Shown: piece by piece, positions 9,481 through 18,732 of the stretch | How the letters are laid out: every line of letters begins with the position of its first letter | How positions within the stretch are numbered: the stretch's first letter is position 1 | From: a virus | Lineage: Duplodnaviria; Caudoviricetes | IMG/VR virus record: IMGVR_UViG_3300013902_000009 | Coordinates: 1 to 64,000 of that record | Direction: 5' to 3' (one strand) | DNA: 64,000 bases | Notes under the pieces: generated by a model | Seen by the model: the letters and a program-made list of their open reading frames with translations, nothing else | Databases searched by the model: none | What the model was told of the DNA's origin: nothing | Translations under genes and position numbers: made by a program

Positions 9481-10441
9481 GATTGTTATTTATGCATTCT
9501 AAACACATGTCTACATATACAGAACTATCAAGTTTGGAAAGCATGTCATAAAGTGCTTTAAGTTCTTCTATAGACAAATTCTCAATCTGCGAAATGATAA
9601 AATTATATATAGTTTCATCATCATCGTTTGTAATCTTATCAAGGCTGCTGTCAAATTTTAACTTTTTATCGCATGGAACCCAACCAAGAGAGGCTGTTGC
9701 CAATCTATTATATATTTGAGTAATCTTACCATTATCCACAATATTGGATTTATCCTTAAACAATGTTGGGTAATCGTTTCTATGTGGTTTTTTGTCATCA
9801 AAATACAAGTGCTCTTTAGATATTGGCATTGCACTGTTTCCGGCAAGCTCAATAAGTACAGACTCTTCGCTGTTTTGCGGTATGATAACATCAAGATTTA
9901 TCTTCTCTATAAACTCGTCGATAACAACGTTGTCTCGTGTCTCGGTTACATCGGAATTACCAAATGTCTTATAAGTCGAGGTGATTTTGCTTGACTTAAT
10001 CTTTACCTTTCTTGTTATGGCTGCTACATACTTACCTTTGTTGTTTACAACTAAGGAGAGGAAATGATTCCTTGTCGAGCCTTCCTTTATTAGCGTTTGT
10101 GTATCTTCTCCGCTGTAAAAAGCATCCATTCGATTATGACTGTGTAGTAAACCAACTTGTTGATTTATAAGCATTTGACTACAAGCATAACTTATTATTC
10201 TTTCATCTTCAACAAATTCTGTATGCCCTCTTGTGCCAATATCAAGCACAAGGAAGTCAACCACCTCAAATATGATGTCTTTGTTTTCAAATGAACCTTT
10301 GTAGTTGTAATATAATACTCCGCTCCACTCGTTGTCAGGCAGTTTTGAGCACCACCACCTTATTTTTGATTCAACCTTTTCCGATATAATAAGTTTGAAT
10401 CTGATATTGGATTCTTTTATTTTATAATTATTATTGTTCAT
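9461..10441 (-). CDS. JAB/MPN+ metallo-isopeptidase
   Basis: EWSG...GLLHSHNRMDAFYSGED matches the JAMM motif E-xn-HSH-x7-S-xx-D. Confidence 0.9.
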   Translation of the reverse strand: MNNNNYKIKESNIRFKLIISEKVESKIRWWCSKLPDNEWSGVLYYNYKGSFENKDIIFEVVDFLVLDIGTRGHTEFVEDERIISYACSQMLINQQVGLLHSHNRMDAFYSGEDTQTLIKEGSTRNHFLSLVVNNKGKYVAAITRKVKIKSSKITSTYKTFGNSDVTETRDNVVIDEFIEKINLDVIIPQNSEESVLIELAGNSAMPISKEHLYFDDKKPHRNDYPTLFKDKSNIVDNGKITQIYNRLATASLGWVPCDKKLKFDSSLDKITNDDDETIYNFIISQIENLSIEELKALYDMLSKLDSSVYVDMCLECINNNLEYYEC

Positions 10442-10442
10442 T

Positions 10443-11363
10443 TTATTTATTATTAATAAGATAGTATCTATAAAGTAATATTATTAAGCCTCGTGCTACT
10501 TCTGGCCTTATAATATACGCTTCTTCATTTGACTCAACACCTATCTTTTTGAACCTAACATTATTACCCTTAAAATATATTAACGTTCTCATACCGTCAC
10601 GAAGTATAGGGTTATACTGTGAATCAATGTATAATCTTCCATCACTTATAGCACCAACTATAAGATAGGTATCAATATCGCAACTATTATAATCTTTTTT
10701 GTGACGTAAATAATCAAGCGTTAGTTCTGTAAGTTTACATATAAGCGGTATTGTGGTACCGAAATTAATACTATATTTATCAATATATAAAGGCTTAATA
10801 GGGTTTATAGACATTATATAATTAAACAGATTTAATATATAATTAGGTGGAATATCGTTTACTTGTATTTGAGGTATAATATATTCGATTGAATACCTAC
10901 TAACAACTTCTTTCATTCTTATATATGGACCTCCTGATATTGATTCAGTTCTAATATATCTATCAAGCTCTACAAGGAATAATCCGAATATATCAGGATT
11001 ATAACTTGATGCAAGTGTAGCCATAGTTGACTTTATTGGTCCAGTACCAAGACATGGTACTTTATAACTCATCGTATTATCACATTGACGAGGGAGGTGA
11101 GAAAAAACATAACCACATCTCATCTCGTTAGCTGTAAGTGTCGAACGTGTCATATCAAACCCGACAAGGCTTGCGTTTTCAGTAAATGTGATTCTGACAT
11201 ATACATCATATATAGTATGTTTTTCATCTCTTTCATTTGACACTTCAACCTTATCCCAATATATTACAAGCCTTGGTCTACTAGTAAGCGTATCTTGTAA
11301 GTCAACGTTATCTGCTCCAAACATATTATCGGCAGCAGATTTTATGTCATCAAAACAATTCAT
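10443..11363 (-). CDS. prokaryotic E2-like conjugating enzyme
   Basis: FSHLP...VPCLGTGP resembles the E2 His...Cys-Leu-Gly active site; lies between the Ubl and JAB genes. Confidence 0.65.
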   Translation of the reverse strand: MNCFDDIKSAADNMFGADNVDLQDTLTSRPRLVIYWDKVEVSNERDEKHTIYDVYVRITFTENASLVGFDMTRSTLTANEMRCGYVFSHLPRQCDNTMSYKVPCLGTGPIKSTMATLASSYNPDIFGLFLVELDRYIRTESISGGPYIRMKEVVSRYSIEYIIPQIQVNDIPPNYILNLFNYIMSINPIKPLYIDKYSINFGTTIPLICKLTELTLDYLRHKKDYNSCDIDTYLIVGAISDGRLYIDSQYNPILRDGMRTLIYFKGNNVRFKKIGVESNEEAYIIRPEVARGLIILLYRYYLINNK

Positions 11364-11370
11364 ATCAAAT

Positions 11371-11399
11371 AAAAAAAGCCATATCCAAAGATATGGCTT
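11371..11399 (-). terminator. intrinsic terminator between the Ubl and E2 genes
   Basis: AAGCCATAT/ATATGGCTT stem followed by U7 on the minus strand. Confidence 0.75.
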
Positions 11400-11404
11400 G
11401 AAGT

Positions 11405-11977
11405 CTACCTGTCAAGAATGTCACTTATTTCCGACGTTGAGAGATTCCTTGCAATGTTTTTGCTTTTGCATACCGTGTAGCCCATTTTTGTAAGTGCGGC
11501 TATAACCTGCTTTAGAAGATATTCATTTGAGAATTCCTCAGCCCGCCTTTTGGTATCAGACAACTCCTTGGATTTTCTGTTGGCGATAAAACTCTTGAGG
11601 TTTTCCGTGGACACGCTGGTATACATGAGACCGTACGCGTCCTTTACCTCCTTGAAGAGTTTGTGGCTCTTTATGTAGTCGAAGCACTCCTGACGCTCCT
11701 TACTGATAGCTCCCGACGAAATCTTCTTGTTTGCGTTAGAGAGCTGAAAGACCAAGTCGTTGGTTACACTTCCCTTGAAAGGCATGTTTGTCGGGAGTAT
11801 TGAGTCATCTGACTTATACTCAGCTTTGCTAACACCCTCATAGAAGGCCTGATTTGTATAGTCTATTCCTGCTTCATCGAGAAGTCTTTTAACGTCGGCA
11901 AGTGTTGTCACTTCAACATCGTTAAAGTCTTTTCTCGATTGTGTGTTTGTAGATACTACAATTACGTTTCTTTTCAT
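11405..11977 (-). CDS. ubiquitin-like (beta-grasp) precursor with a C-terminal extension
   Basis: Residues 1-89 show a beta-beta-alpha-beta pattern (VIVVS..., TTLADVKRLL, LVFQL) ending KKISSG, followed by a 101-aa helical tail; first gene of the E2/JAB/E1 cluster. Confidence 0.7.
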   Translation of the reverse strand: MKRNVIVVSTNTQSRKDFNDVEVTTLADVKRLLDEAGIDYTNQAFYEGVSKAEYKSDDSILPTNMPFKGSVTNDLVFQLSNANKKISSGAISKERQECFDYIKSHKLFKEVKDAYGLMYTSVSTENLKSFIANRKSKELSDTKRRAEEFSNEYLLKQVIAALTKMGYTVCKSKNIARNLSTSEISDILDR

Positions 11978-12987
11978 GATTGCTTTTGTTTGATTGGTTT
12001 AACTAACAGTTCCTTTATTACCCTCCTGAACGTTTCGGAGCCTTTATTCTTGAATAAATCCGAAGGGTCCTTCGACTGGTATTCCGACGGAATCTCAACC
12101 ATTTCAAGGTCGAACATACCGCATAGTCTTGACGCGTATATATGTCCGTGGTTTTCCTCCTTGTCGAAATCGTTGTCGAAGAATATGATTATCCTTTTGA
12201 ATCTTCGCTTCAACTGGTTGATTACCTTCTCCTTCGGTATATAACCCTCTCCCTGAAGGCTTACAGACGGTATCCCGGTATTCTCCCAAAGGCACAACGC
12301 ATCCTTTCTTGAAGACGTTATAAACAAGGTGTCACCCTCTTCTGGCAGTCGGGACCACAAGTCCCAAACCGAGGAGTCGTGTTTGCTCAACCATTTGAGT
12401 CTCTGTGACTCAGGCTGGTATACTTTGAGTGATACCTTATTATCCTTGCGCTCTACATAAACATAGGCGAGTCTGTCGGCGGGTATAACCTTTGTGTGAT
12501 TGTCTCTTGTTATAAGGATATGGCTTATAGGGTACACATCGCCAAACTCAAGCCACTCTCTGGTTATTCCGTATGAGTTCCAATACTCCATATCATAATC
12601 AAACCATTGGCGTGTTCTGACCTGCAATACAGAGTCGGTTCTGCGTATTACTCTCTTATGAGTCTTGTTAAGTCTGATTGAATCTGGATTAACCTTATCC
12701 AAATCTCTCCATATCTTTGAGATAACCTCGTTGAAGCTACGGTTCCACATCTTACCCAAAAGGTCGAATATACTACCGTGCTCGCCCGTGCCGAAGTCTT
12801 TGTAGAATACCTTTATGCCGTTCGGTGAGAAGATGCTTACCGAAGCGTTTCTATCCTGTCTGACAGGGCTGTTAATAAGCGTTGGTAAGACGTCTATATT
12901 AAGATAGAACCTCATTATATCAAACTCTGAGATTCTTTTTAATAACTCGTCTATTCCAACGCTTATATTGCAACGCCTGAAAGCCAT
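11974..12987 (-). CDS. dnaG: DnaG-like primase (crAss type)
   Basis: SPVRQD...YKDFG N-terminal domain; TOPRIM ITSSRKDA...FFDND...KDPSD. Confidence 0.85.
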   Translation of the reverse strand: MAFRRCNISVGIDELLKRISEFDIMRFYLNIDVLPTLINSPVRQDRNASVSIFSPNGIKVFYKDFGTGEHGSIFDLLGKMWNRSFNEVISKIWRDLDKVNPDSIRLNKTHKRVIRRTDSVLQVRTRQWFDYDMEYWNSYGITREWLEFGDVYPISHILITRDNHTKVIPADRLAYVYVERKDNKVSLKVYQPESQRLKWLSKHDSSVWDLWSRLPEEGDTLFITSSRKDALCLWENTGIPSVSLQGEGYIPKEKVINQLKRRFKRIIIFFDNDFDKEENHGHIYASRLCGMFDLEMVEIPSEYQSKDPSDLFKNKGSETFRRVIKELLVKPIKQKQS

Positions 12988-12997
12988 TGTAGTTCAA

Positions 12998-13906
12998 TTA
13001 ATACTCAGGAAACTCTTCCGGCATATCGTCATTATTGTCTGTCGCTGGAATCTCAGGTTTGGATTCTTCCGTAGCGAATGAGGTTGGCACTACCTTGTAC
13101 TTATGTACAGGAGAGACGTCAAACTCGCTAGTCTTATAGCCTCCGTTGCTAACTCGGTCGTCAAGGCTTTTCTCAAACTGTTTAATTGCCGTCTCCATCT
13201 TTGACTTGTTTTTCACAAATAAATCGGTGTAAACAGCCTGATACTGCCTTCCGTCATTGTTGTTGCGTACTCCAAGAAGAATCTTTACCTCATTGTTTGA
13301 TGCCATCTTGACGATATCCTTCAACTCTTGGATGTTACCGTTAATGATAGCTTTCACATCCTCAAGTACTCCCTCACAAGCATCAAGCTCGCTTTCTGTG
13401 CGTGTAACCCAAGAAGAAGTGTTCGAGTTATAGTATTCAGCGTCATCAAGACAAAGAAGTGCACGGATGAACTGCTCAAGATTAGCCTCACCAGAATATA
13501 CCTTACGGTAAGCCTTATCTATCCTTGCCGGACCGCTCGCGTACTGAGGTATCTTGTTGGCGTCAATCTCGTCTTGTGTAGCCCATGCGGTTCTTCCATA
13601 CTTGTCTATAACCTGATACTTTCCTGAGTTTGAGCCTTTTATAAAGGTATCGTTAAGGAAGAAAGTGAGGTTAGTCAATATCGGCTTATCTTCATTGACA
13701 TTCACAGATAGAATAAAAGATACTCTCATCTGTTTCTCTCCTGCGCGTGCTATTCCTGTATATACAGGCTCGTTCTGTACTGACGTGCCATAGATTGACT
13801 CCATCTCAGCCTTTGTAGGATTGACAGCGATTACCTTAGCGACACCCACACCGGTATAAAGTCTTCTTACAATCTCCTCTGAGTTGTTAGCGTGTTTAAA
13901 AGCCAT
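12998..13906 (-). CDS. crAss-type ssDNA-binding/replication protein
   Basis: YTGVG..KVIAVNPT start, acidic aromatic tail DDMPEEFPEY, next to primase. Confidence 0.6.
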   Translation of the reverse strand: MAFKHANNSEEIVRRLYTGVGVAKVIAVNPTKAEMESIYGTSVQNEPVYTGIARAGEKQMRVSFILSVNVNEDKPILTNLTFFLNDTFIKGSNSGKYQVIDKYGRTAWATQDEIDANKIPQYASGPARIDKAYRKVYSGEANLEQFIRALLCLDDAEYYNSNTSSWVTRTESELDACEGVLEDVKAIINGNIQELKDIVKMASNNEVKILLGVRNNNDGRQYQAVYTDLFVKNKSKMETAIKQFEKSLDDRVSNGGYKTSEFDVSPVHKYKVVPTSFATEESKPEIPATDNNDDMPEEFPEY

Positions 13907-13959
13907 AATGTATTCCTTTTTTTTATTGTTTAACTGTAAAGGTAGCTATATTTTCCGGA

Positions 13960-14328
13960 TTACTCTGCAGGGTTATAGCTGTTTCCCTCAACTTCCGCGA
14001 TTGCCTCTATGGCTTCATCCGGTATGGTGTTGTCGTCAGATAATTTTGTCTCAATCGGTTGAGTCTCAACCTCTGTATAGTTCTCAGGCTCATTTATTAC
14101 AAGCTCGTAGTCTTTGATTCTCTTGAGCGCGTCTACTGAAGACAAACCCTCGGTAATACCAAGGATAGGCTCCTCCCAACGCTGGATTGTATGGTCGAGA
14201 CCCTCAAGCTCCTCGTTTAGCGCGAGTATCTTGTGGTATACAGACTCTCTTTTTCTTCTCAGCGCTGAAGTCCTCTGCGCCACAGCCTTGATATCGGCTA
14301 CTTCAAACCTTGTAAGTTTCTTAATCAT
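13960..14328 (-). CDS. hypothetical coiled-coil protein
   Basis: Likely start MIKKLTRFE after an A-rich leader. Confidence 0.7.
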   Translation of the reverse strand: MIKKLTRFEVADIKAVAQRTSALRRKRESVYHKILALNEELEGLDHTIQRWEEPILGITEGLSSVDALKRIKDYELVINEPENYTEVETQPIETKLSDDNTIPDEAIEAIAEVEGNSYNPAE

Positions 14329-14354
14329 GATTTTTTTTGTGTTTGATTGATTTG

Positions 14355-14726
14355 TTATTGTTTTTCCTCGGCTATAAAGCCGTTGTTGCATTCGTATTCA
14401 GGTACCGCCTCGACGGTTGACGCGACCACCTTGTAGTAAACCTTCTCAATATTATTGTAGTCGGTATACAACTCTGTCTTTAACCTTCCTATGACATGTA
14501 TGTTTTTACCTTTTGCTATAGCGTCAAAATCAATATCCTTGCCACCTTCGAAGGCTACAACATGATGCCAAGTTGTTTCTAATATTGGGGTTCCGGAATC
14601 CTTGTAAACAAAATTGGTGGCTACGCTAAAGTTTGCCACATGTTTGTTATCGTAGCTGATATTGGCTATTCTGACATCTCCTATAGTACCGATAAGCTCG
14701 ATTCTATTGAGTTGCTGTGTTATCAT
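14355..14726 (-). CDS. ssb: bacterial-type single-stranded DNA-binding protein
   Basis: LNRIELIG...FSVATN...TTWHHVVAF...KGKNIHVIGRLKT OB-fold signature. Confidence 0.9.
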   Translation of the reverse strand: MITQQLNRIELIGTIGDVRIANISYDNKHVANFSVATNFVYKDSGTPILETTWHHVVAFEGGKDIDFDAIAKGKNIHVIGRLKTELYTDYNNIEKVYYKVVASTVEAVPEYECNNGFIAEEKQ

Positions 14727-15526
14727 CAGATAAATATTTTTGACATATCAACTGTAATGTTTCCGTTCTCGTCCGATGAGGCTACCTCAAACTTTTTACC
14801 TCTAAGATGTATAGGCCTTGCCTCTCGAAGAGTATCTCCTCCACCCTCGAAAGTTATATATGTTTTATTCTTATCACGATATACCATTCCAACAGCATCA
14901 GCTTCACCACAGATAATATCAGCGGATTTTCCAGCCAAAGCCATGGAGTATTCAGTCATTTCCTGACCGTTCTTTTGAATCTGTTTATCCTTTATATGAG
15001 ATACCAATATGAGGGTGTCACATAACGGCTTAAATACATCAATCATAGCGCGTATAGCATTCCGGATAAACATCCATCCGGCTCCTTGCGGAAGCATTCT
15101 AACATCAGCTTTAGGGTCAGGAACTGGTTTGTTAGTTTTTGGGTCTTTATAGATTCTACCGTTAGCATCAAGTTTATACCCCCAATTTTGTCCAACCGAA
15201 GTGGCTCTGTATAACTGTGCGGCATAACTTAAACTTGCCTCTTCGAGACGAGTGGCGTTATCAATGGTGATGAATCTGTAGGGAAACTTACCGGTCTCTT
15301 CGATTTTAGCTTTGATTGATTTCGCTATCTCGAATATATCTCTTGCTGTTCTTGCTTGAACGCACATGACGCTTAATGCGCGGTAGCCATCCTCAAGGTC
15401 TATAATGAGGTTACTATCAAGGCTTGCCATCAGCGTTGACTTTCCCGACTTATAACCTCCAAATAAAACCATTAGTTTCGGGTTATAGTTTTCCACTTTC
15501 TTCCTTTCTGTTGGTAATTCAATCAT
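14726..15526 (-). CDS. AAA_24/Sak4-like P-loop ATPase
   Basis: GGYKSGKST Walker A, IIDLEDG, ITIDN, ILVSH. Confidence 0.8.
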   Translation of the reverse strand: MIELPTERKKVENYNPKLMVLFGGYKSGKSTLMASLDSNLIIDLEDGYRALSVMCVQARTARDIFEIAKSIKAKIEETGKFPYRFITIDNATRLEEASLSYAAQLYRATSVGQNWGYKLDANGRIYKDPKTNKPVPDPKADVRMLPQGAGWMFIRNAIRAMIDVFKPLCDTLILVSHIKDKQIQKNGQEMTEYSMALAGKSADIICGEADAVGMVYRDKNKTYITFEGGGDTLREARPIHLRGKKFEVASSDENGNITVDMSKIFI

Positions 15527-15527
15527 T

Positions 15528-16024
15528 TTATTTGTGTATCAAATGTTTAACTTTTGAAATCAATAAGAATAAGGCGTTTCTCCTGTTAACCACGCGTTCC
15601 ACAAGGGTATTGTATTCCTGTGTGCGCGGAGGAGGCAACTCCTCGTAATAGTTTACGGCTCCGTCAAAATACAGACCTATCATTCCGTTGCTTTCTCCAT
15701 CTCTGTTGATTACAACCTCAAGGAATCTCGCGTTACCTTTGAGTCTTGTGAGGTCATAACCTGCATAAGAGTTCATCTCAAAAGCGTAAGGGTTTGATAA
15801 TCCGAGCATTACGTTTGCGTCCTTTCCCGTATATTTACTATCCGAGAGGCTAGCTACTGTAGGACGTATTTTATTTGCCTTAAACGCTTCAAGATTGCTA
15901 ATCTCAGTTGATTGCTGTTGTACTACAACTGGTATATAGTTGTATTTATTCCTAAGCTGTATCAAATAACTCGATAAAGTGTTTATACCTTCCCTTAAAT
16001 CTTGCTTACCATCAGGAGAGATTA
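15528..16024 (-). CDS. dnaB: DnaB-like replicative helicase, exon 2
   Basis: After splicing reads DHIS-L-ISPDGKQDLREGINTLSSYLIQLRNKY...VVVQQQ...LSDS..TGKDANV...NRDG. Confidence 0.9.
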
Positions 16025-16178
16025 CATTTTGTTATCCTAAAGGTTTTTTATCCTTTAGTTCTCTATATTTCCATAGAGTTCAGCATATATTTTCATCCGC
16101 TTGGGATGACGAACACTCGTGGCGACATTATATTCTATTTATAGTTTCAGCCGCTATGCGTTACACTGCCGAAAATTG

Positions 16179-17068
16179 TTACAATTCGGTTAGCTCGGTA
16201 TTAGCATGTCTTTTATATATTAGCATATCAAGATTATCATTAAACTTATCGAATTTTCTTTTTAGATATATATTAGAATCATCATACATATAATGGAATA
16301 GATTCAATATACTTTCTTTCTTTCTTTCTGAAAAACAATCTATACATATCATTCTTACATAAAGCTTCTCCATTAGGTACTTTCATAATTTTACCTTTTC
16401 TTAACTCTTTATTTATTGTGCACTCGATATTATTATCCACTAATATTTTTTGTATTTCATTAAGTATATTTATTGTAGAAGAACATATATTCCCTTTAAG
16501 AAATCTATTATTCTTATTATTACATACAAAAATGCAACCGTCTCCGTCAAAATATCCCCTTATGAAATGTCTTAAAAGATTTTGTGGCATACAAGGTATT
16601 GATAACTCCTTATAAGTTTTATTTCGCACAACTCCTAATTTCTCAAGATTTCTGCACACTATGTTTGAAGATATTACAAATCCAAATGATTTTCCTTCGG
16701 ATTTAAGATGTATTTCTTCAGAAAAATAGTTTTTTATTCTTTCCACCATGTACTTATCATCTTCTTTAAGTCTAAAACCAGCTTGTTTGCCATTCCAACC
16801 GTCCGAAAGCATAAAACCTATGATATAGGCTTCCGTCTCATTCGTTATGGAATCGCAAGTCCAATTTAATTTATACCTTCCAATTCTTAACCTTTCTTTA
16901 ACCAACAAGTTTTCCTTGTGTGTTCTTTTAGGTATATTAAACTTTTTGAAGTGATAATAACAATCAGTATTATATTTTTTTATCCAGATAAGCTATTGAT
17001 AAACCTGAATCATACTCTTGCTTTAGTAATAAAGCAAACTTCCTTGAACCTCTTATTAAATTTGACAT
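16179..17068 (-). pseudogene. intron-encoded LAGLIDADG homing endonuclease with two frameshifts
   Basis: AYIIGFMLSDG and FIRGYFDGDG motifs; an extra A in the A7 run (16975-16981) and an extra 4-nt unit in the repeat at 16312-16329 split a 294-aa frame. Confidence 0.8.
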
Positions 17069-17088
17069 AATATAATCTATTAATAGAC

Positions 17089-17119
17089 CAAAGTTAGTCA
17101 AATATATCGGGATTACAAA
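17089..17119 (-). promoter_or_regulatory. Bacteroidota promoter inside the intron, driving the endonuclease
   Basis: TTTG-19nt-TAACTTTG, 20 nt upstream of ATG 17068. Confidence 0.75.
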
Positions 17120-17198
17120 GTAATATAAAAGATTTAGCCTTCACCGATTTTGCTCGTTAATAATCCCAGAAATCACTAACTGGGACGCCTAATCTTTA

Positions 17199-17847
17199 AG
17201 CTGATATGATCTATCACAATCATTACGTACTCCTTGGGGTCATAAGGTATATAGTAATCAAATACATCCCTCTCGTCAACAACCTCTCCGCTATTGTTCT
17301 TCACCTGCAACTTCTTTGTATATGTCACACCATTATTCTCAGCGTACTTCTTGGACTGTTTATAGATACCATACGGGTTCTTATCGTCCAGAAAGGTTAC
17401 AGTATTCTCAAAGTATTCAAGAATTGACTTATACGGCTCCTTCTCGAACATATCAAGAATACTCTCGTCTATAACCTTATCCTCCCTCACGGACTTGAGG
17501 TCGTTAGGTGTCTTTCGTATAGTCTTATCCGAGAGTATATACAATAGGTGGCACATAAACCTGAGAGTTATAGCTTCCTGTGTCTCCTCAAGGTTGTAAT
17601 ACAAGACGCGCAGATGTACCTTATCTGTATGATAATAAGAGTACAACACGGAGTTATAGAGGAACAGATAGTTCATAAGCTGTGTCTTGCCAACCTTGGT
17701 AGAAGCCGATATGAGGTAATACCTGCCCTGCTCTATGCCGGGGAAGTCATTGCGGAACCTAACAAAAGGTGATGGTATGCAGTTGACGTTACCGCTGAGG
17801 ATGTTACTTCTTCTGTCCCTCAGGTTCTTTAGTATTCTCCGAATCAT
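17199..17847 (-). CDS. dnaB: DnaB-like replicative helicase, exon 1
   Basis: NCIP..F.RF...PGIEQG, Walker A ASTKVGKT, YNLEE, Walker B IVIDH. Confidence 0.9.
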
Positions 17848-18199
17848 CCCTGAATCTGTCGATATATCTTAGGTTTCCGTAGATAACGTCGCTAACCTTA
17901 TGTTGAAAGCGATTGAACGAGTCGATATACATCATCTGTTTCTTAAGATAGTCACAGGCGTATCTATATGCTTTCTTATAAGCCTTATTGACAGCTCTCG
18001 CCTTGGCTATCTTCTTGCCAGTTGACTCAACATAAGTGTCATCCTCTCTACAGTTGGACCATCCAGAGACGGTATATTCCCTGTATTGGTATGGAGTGAG
18101 CCTCAATTCTATCTTTAACTCGCACTTTGTGGTGCTAGCTATAAGGTGGTAGCTCTCCTTGACTACCTTCACCTTGATTGATTGATTTGTGTATGTCAT
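17804..18199 (-). CDS. hypothetical protein
   Basis: 131-aa ORF with CREDDTY...GKKIAKARA motif. Confidence 0.7.
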   Translation of the reverse strand: MTYTNQSIKVKVVKESYHLIASTTKCELKIELRLTPYQYREYTVSGWSNCREDDTYVESTGKKIAKARAVNKAYKKAYRYACDYLKKQMMYIDSFNRFQHKVSDVIYGNLRYIDRFRDDSENTKEPEGQKK

Positions 18200-18732
18200 C
18201 TTATTTCTGCAAATAAATTAGTCAAATTGTCATCCTTATTCTCAAGAACCGTAGCCAAATCAGACTCGTTATCCTTAAGTATAAAGTATTTGAGTATCCT
18301 CATGTGCGTGTTGTCGCCGTTGAAGCACTCGACATACCTCCGTGTGGCATCAAGTATCTGCTCGTCGGTATATTTGTTGCCGTAGAGTTTGAAAAACTTC
18401 TTCAACTTAAGTGTCACATCTTTGCGATTTCCCCTCCAAGCGTATGGAGCAACCTTGTAGCCGTGAGGAAAATACTCTCGCATAGCCTCGTATAACCTGT
18501 CGAGGCGCTCCTCTTTTGGAATATACGAGTCTGCATCAAGTAGAATGCTTTGTATATCTTCTATCGTGTTTACGGACGGATTTCCAAACATGTCAAGCAT
18601 TCCTTTCGATTGCATCGAGAGGAACTCCTCCTGATACCCTCTCTTACAGGCTGTCAAAAACATAACACCGAGGACTTCGGCCTCGGTGTAGTTTCTATTG
18701 TTTGCCAAATCAGTGTCTATTACATATCTCAT
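18196..18732 (-). CDS. hypothetical replication-module protein
   Basis: 178-aa ORF between the two helicases. Confidence 0.7.
   Translation of the reverse strand: MRYVIDTDLANNRNYTEAEVLGVMFLTACKRGYQEEFLSMQSKGMLDMFGNPSVNTIEDIQSILLDADSYIPKEERLDRLYEAMREYFPHGYKVAPYAWRGNRKDVTLKLKKFFKLYGNKYTDEQILDATRRYVECFNGDNTHMRILKYFILKDNESDLATVLENKDDNLTNLFAEIR

Larger units (their letters stand above)
16025..17198 (-). mobile_element. group I intron (1174 nt) in the helicase gene
   Basis: P1 GCU|UAA/UUAGGC with U.G at the 5' splice site; terminal G; P10 AGAUUA/UAAUCU; P3 ACGAGCA/UGUUCGU; P4 UCGGU/ACCGA; P7 GCAUA/UAUGC; removal restores a 381-aa frame. Confidence 0.9.

Noticed and set aside
15528-17847. Helicase as a pseudogene or two separate genes
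   Set aside because: Removing the group I intron restores one continuous frame
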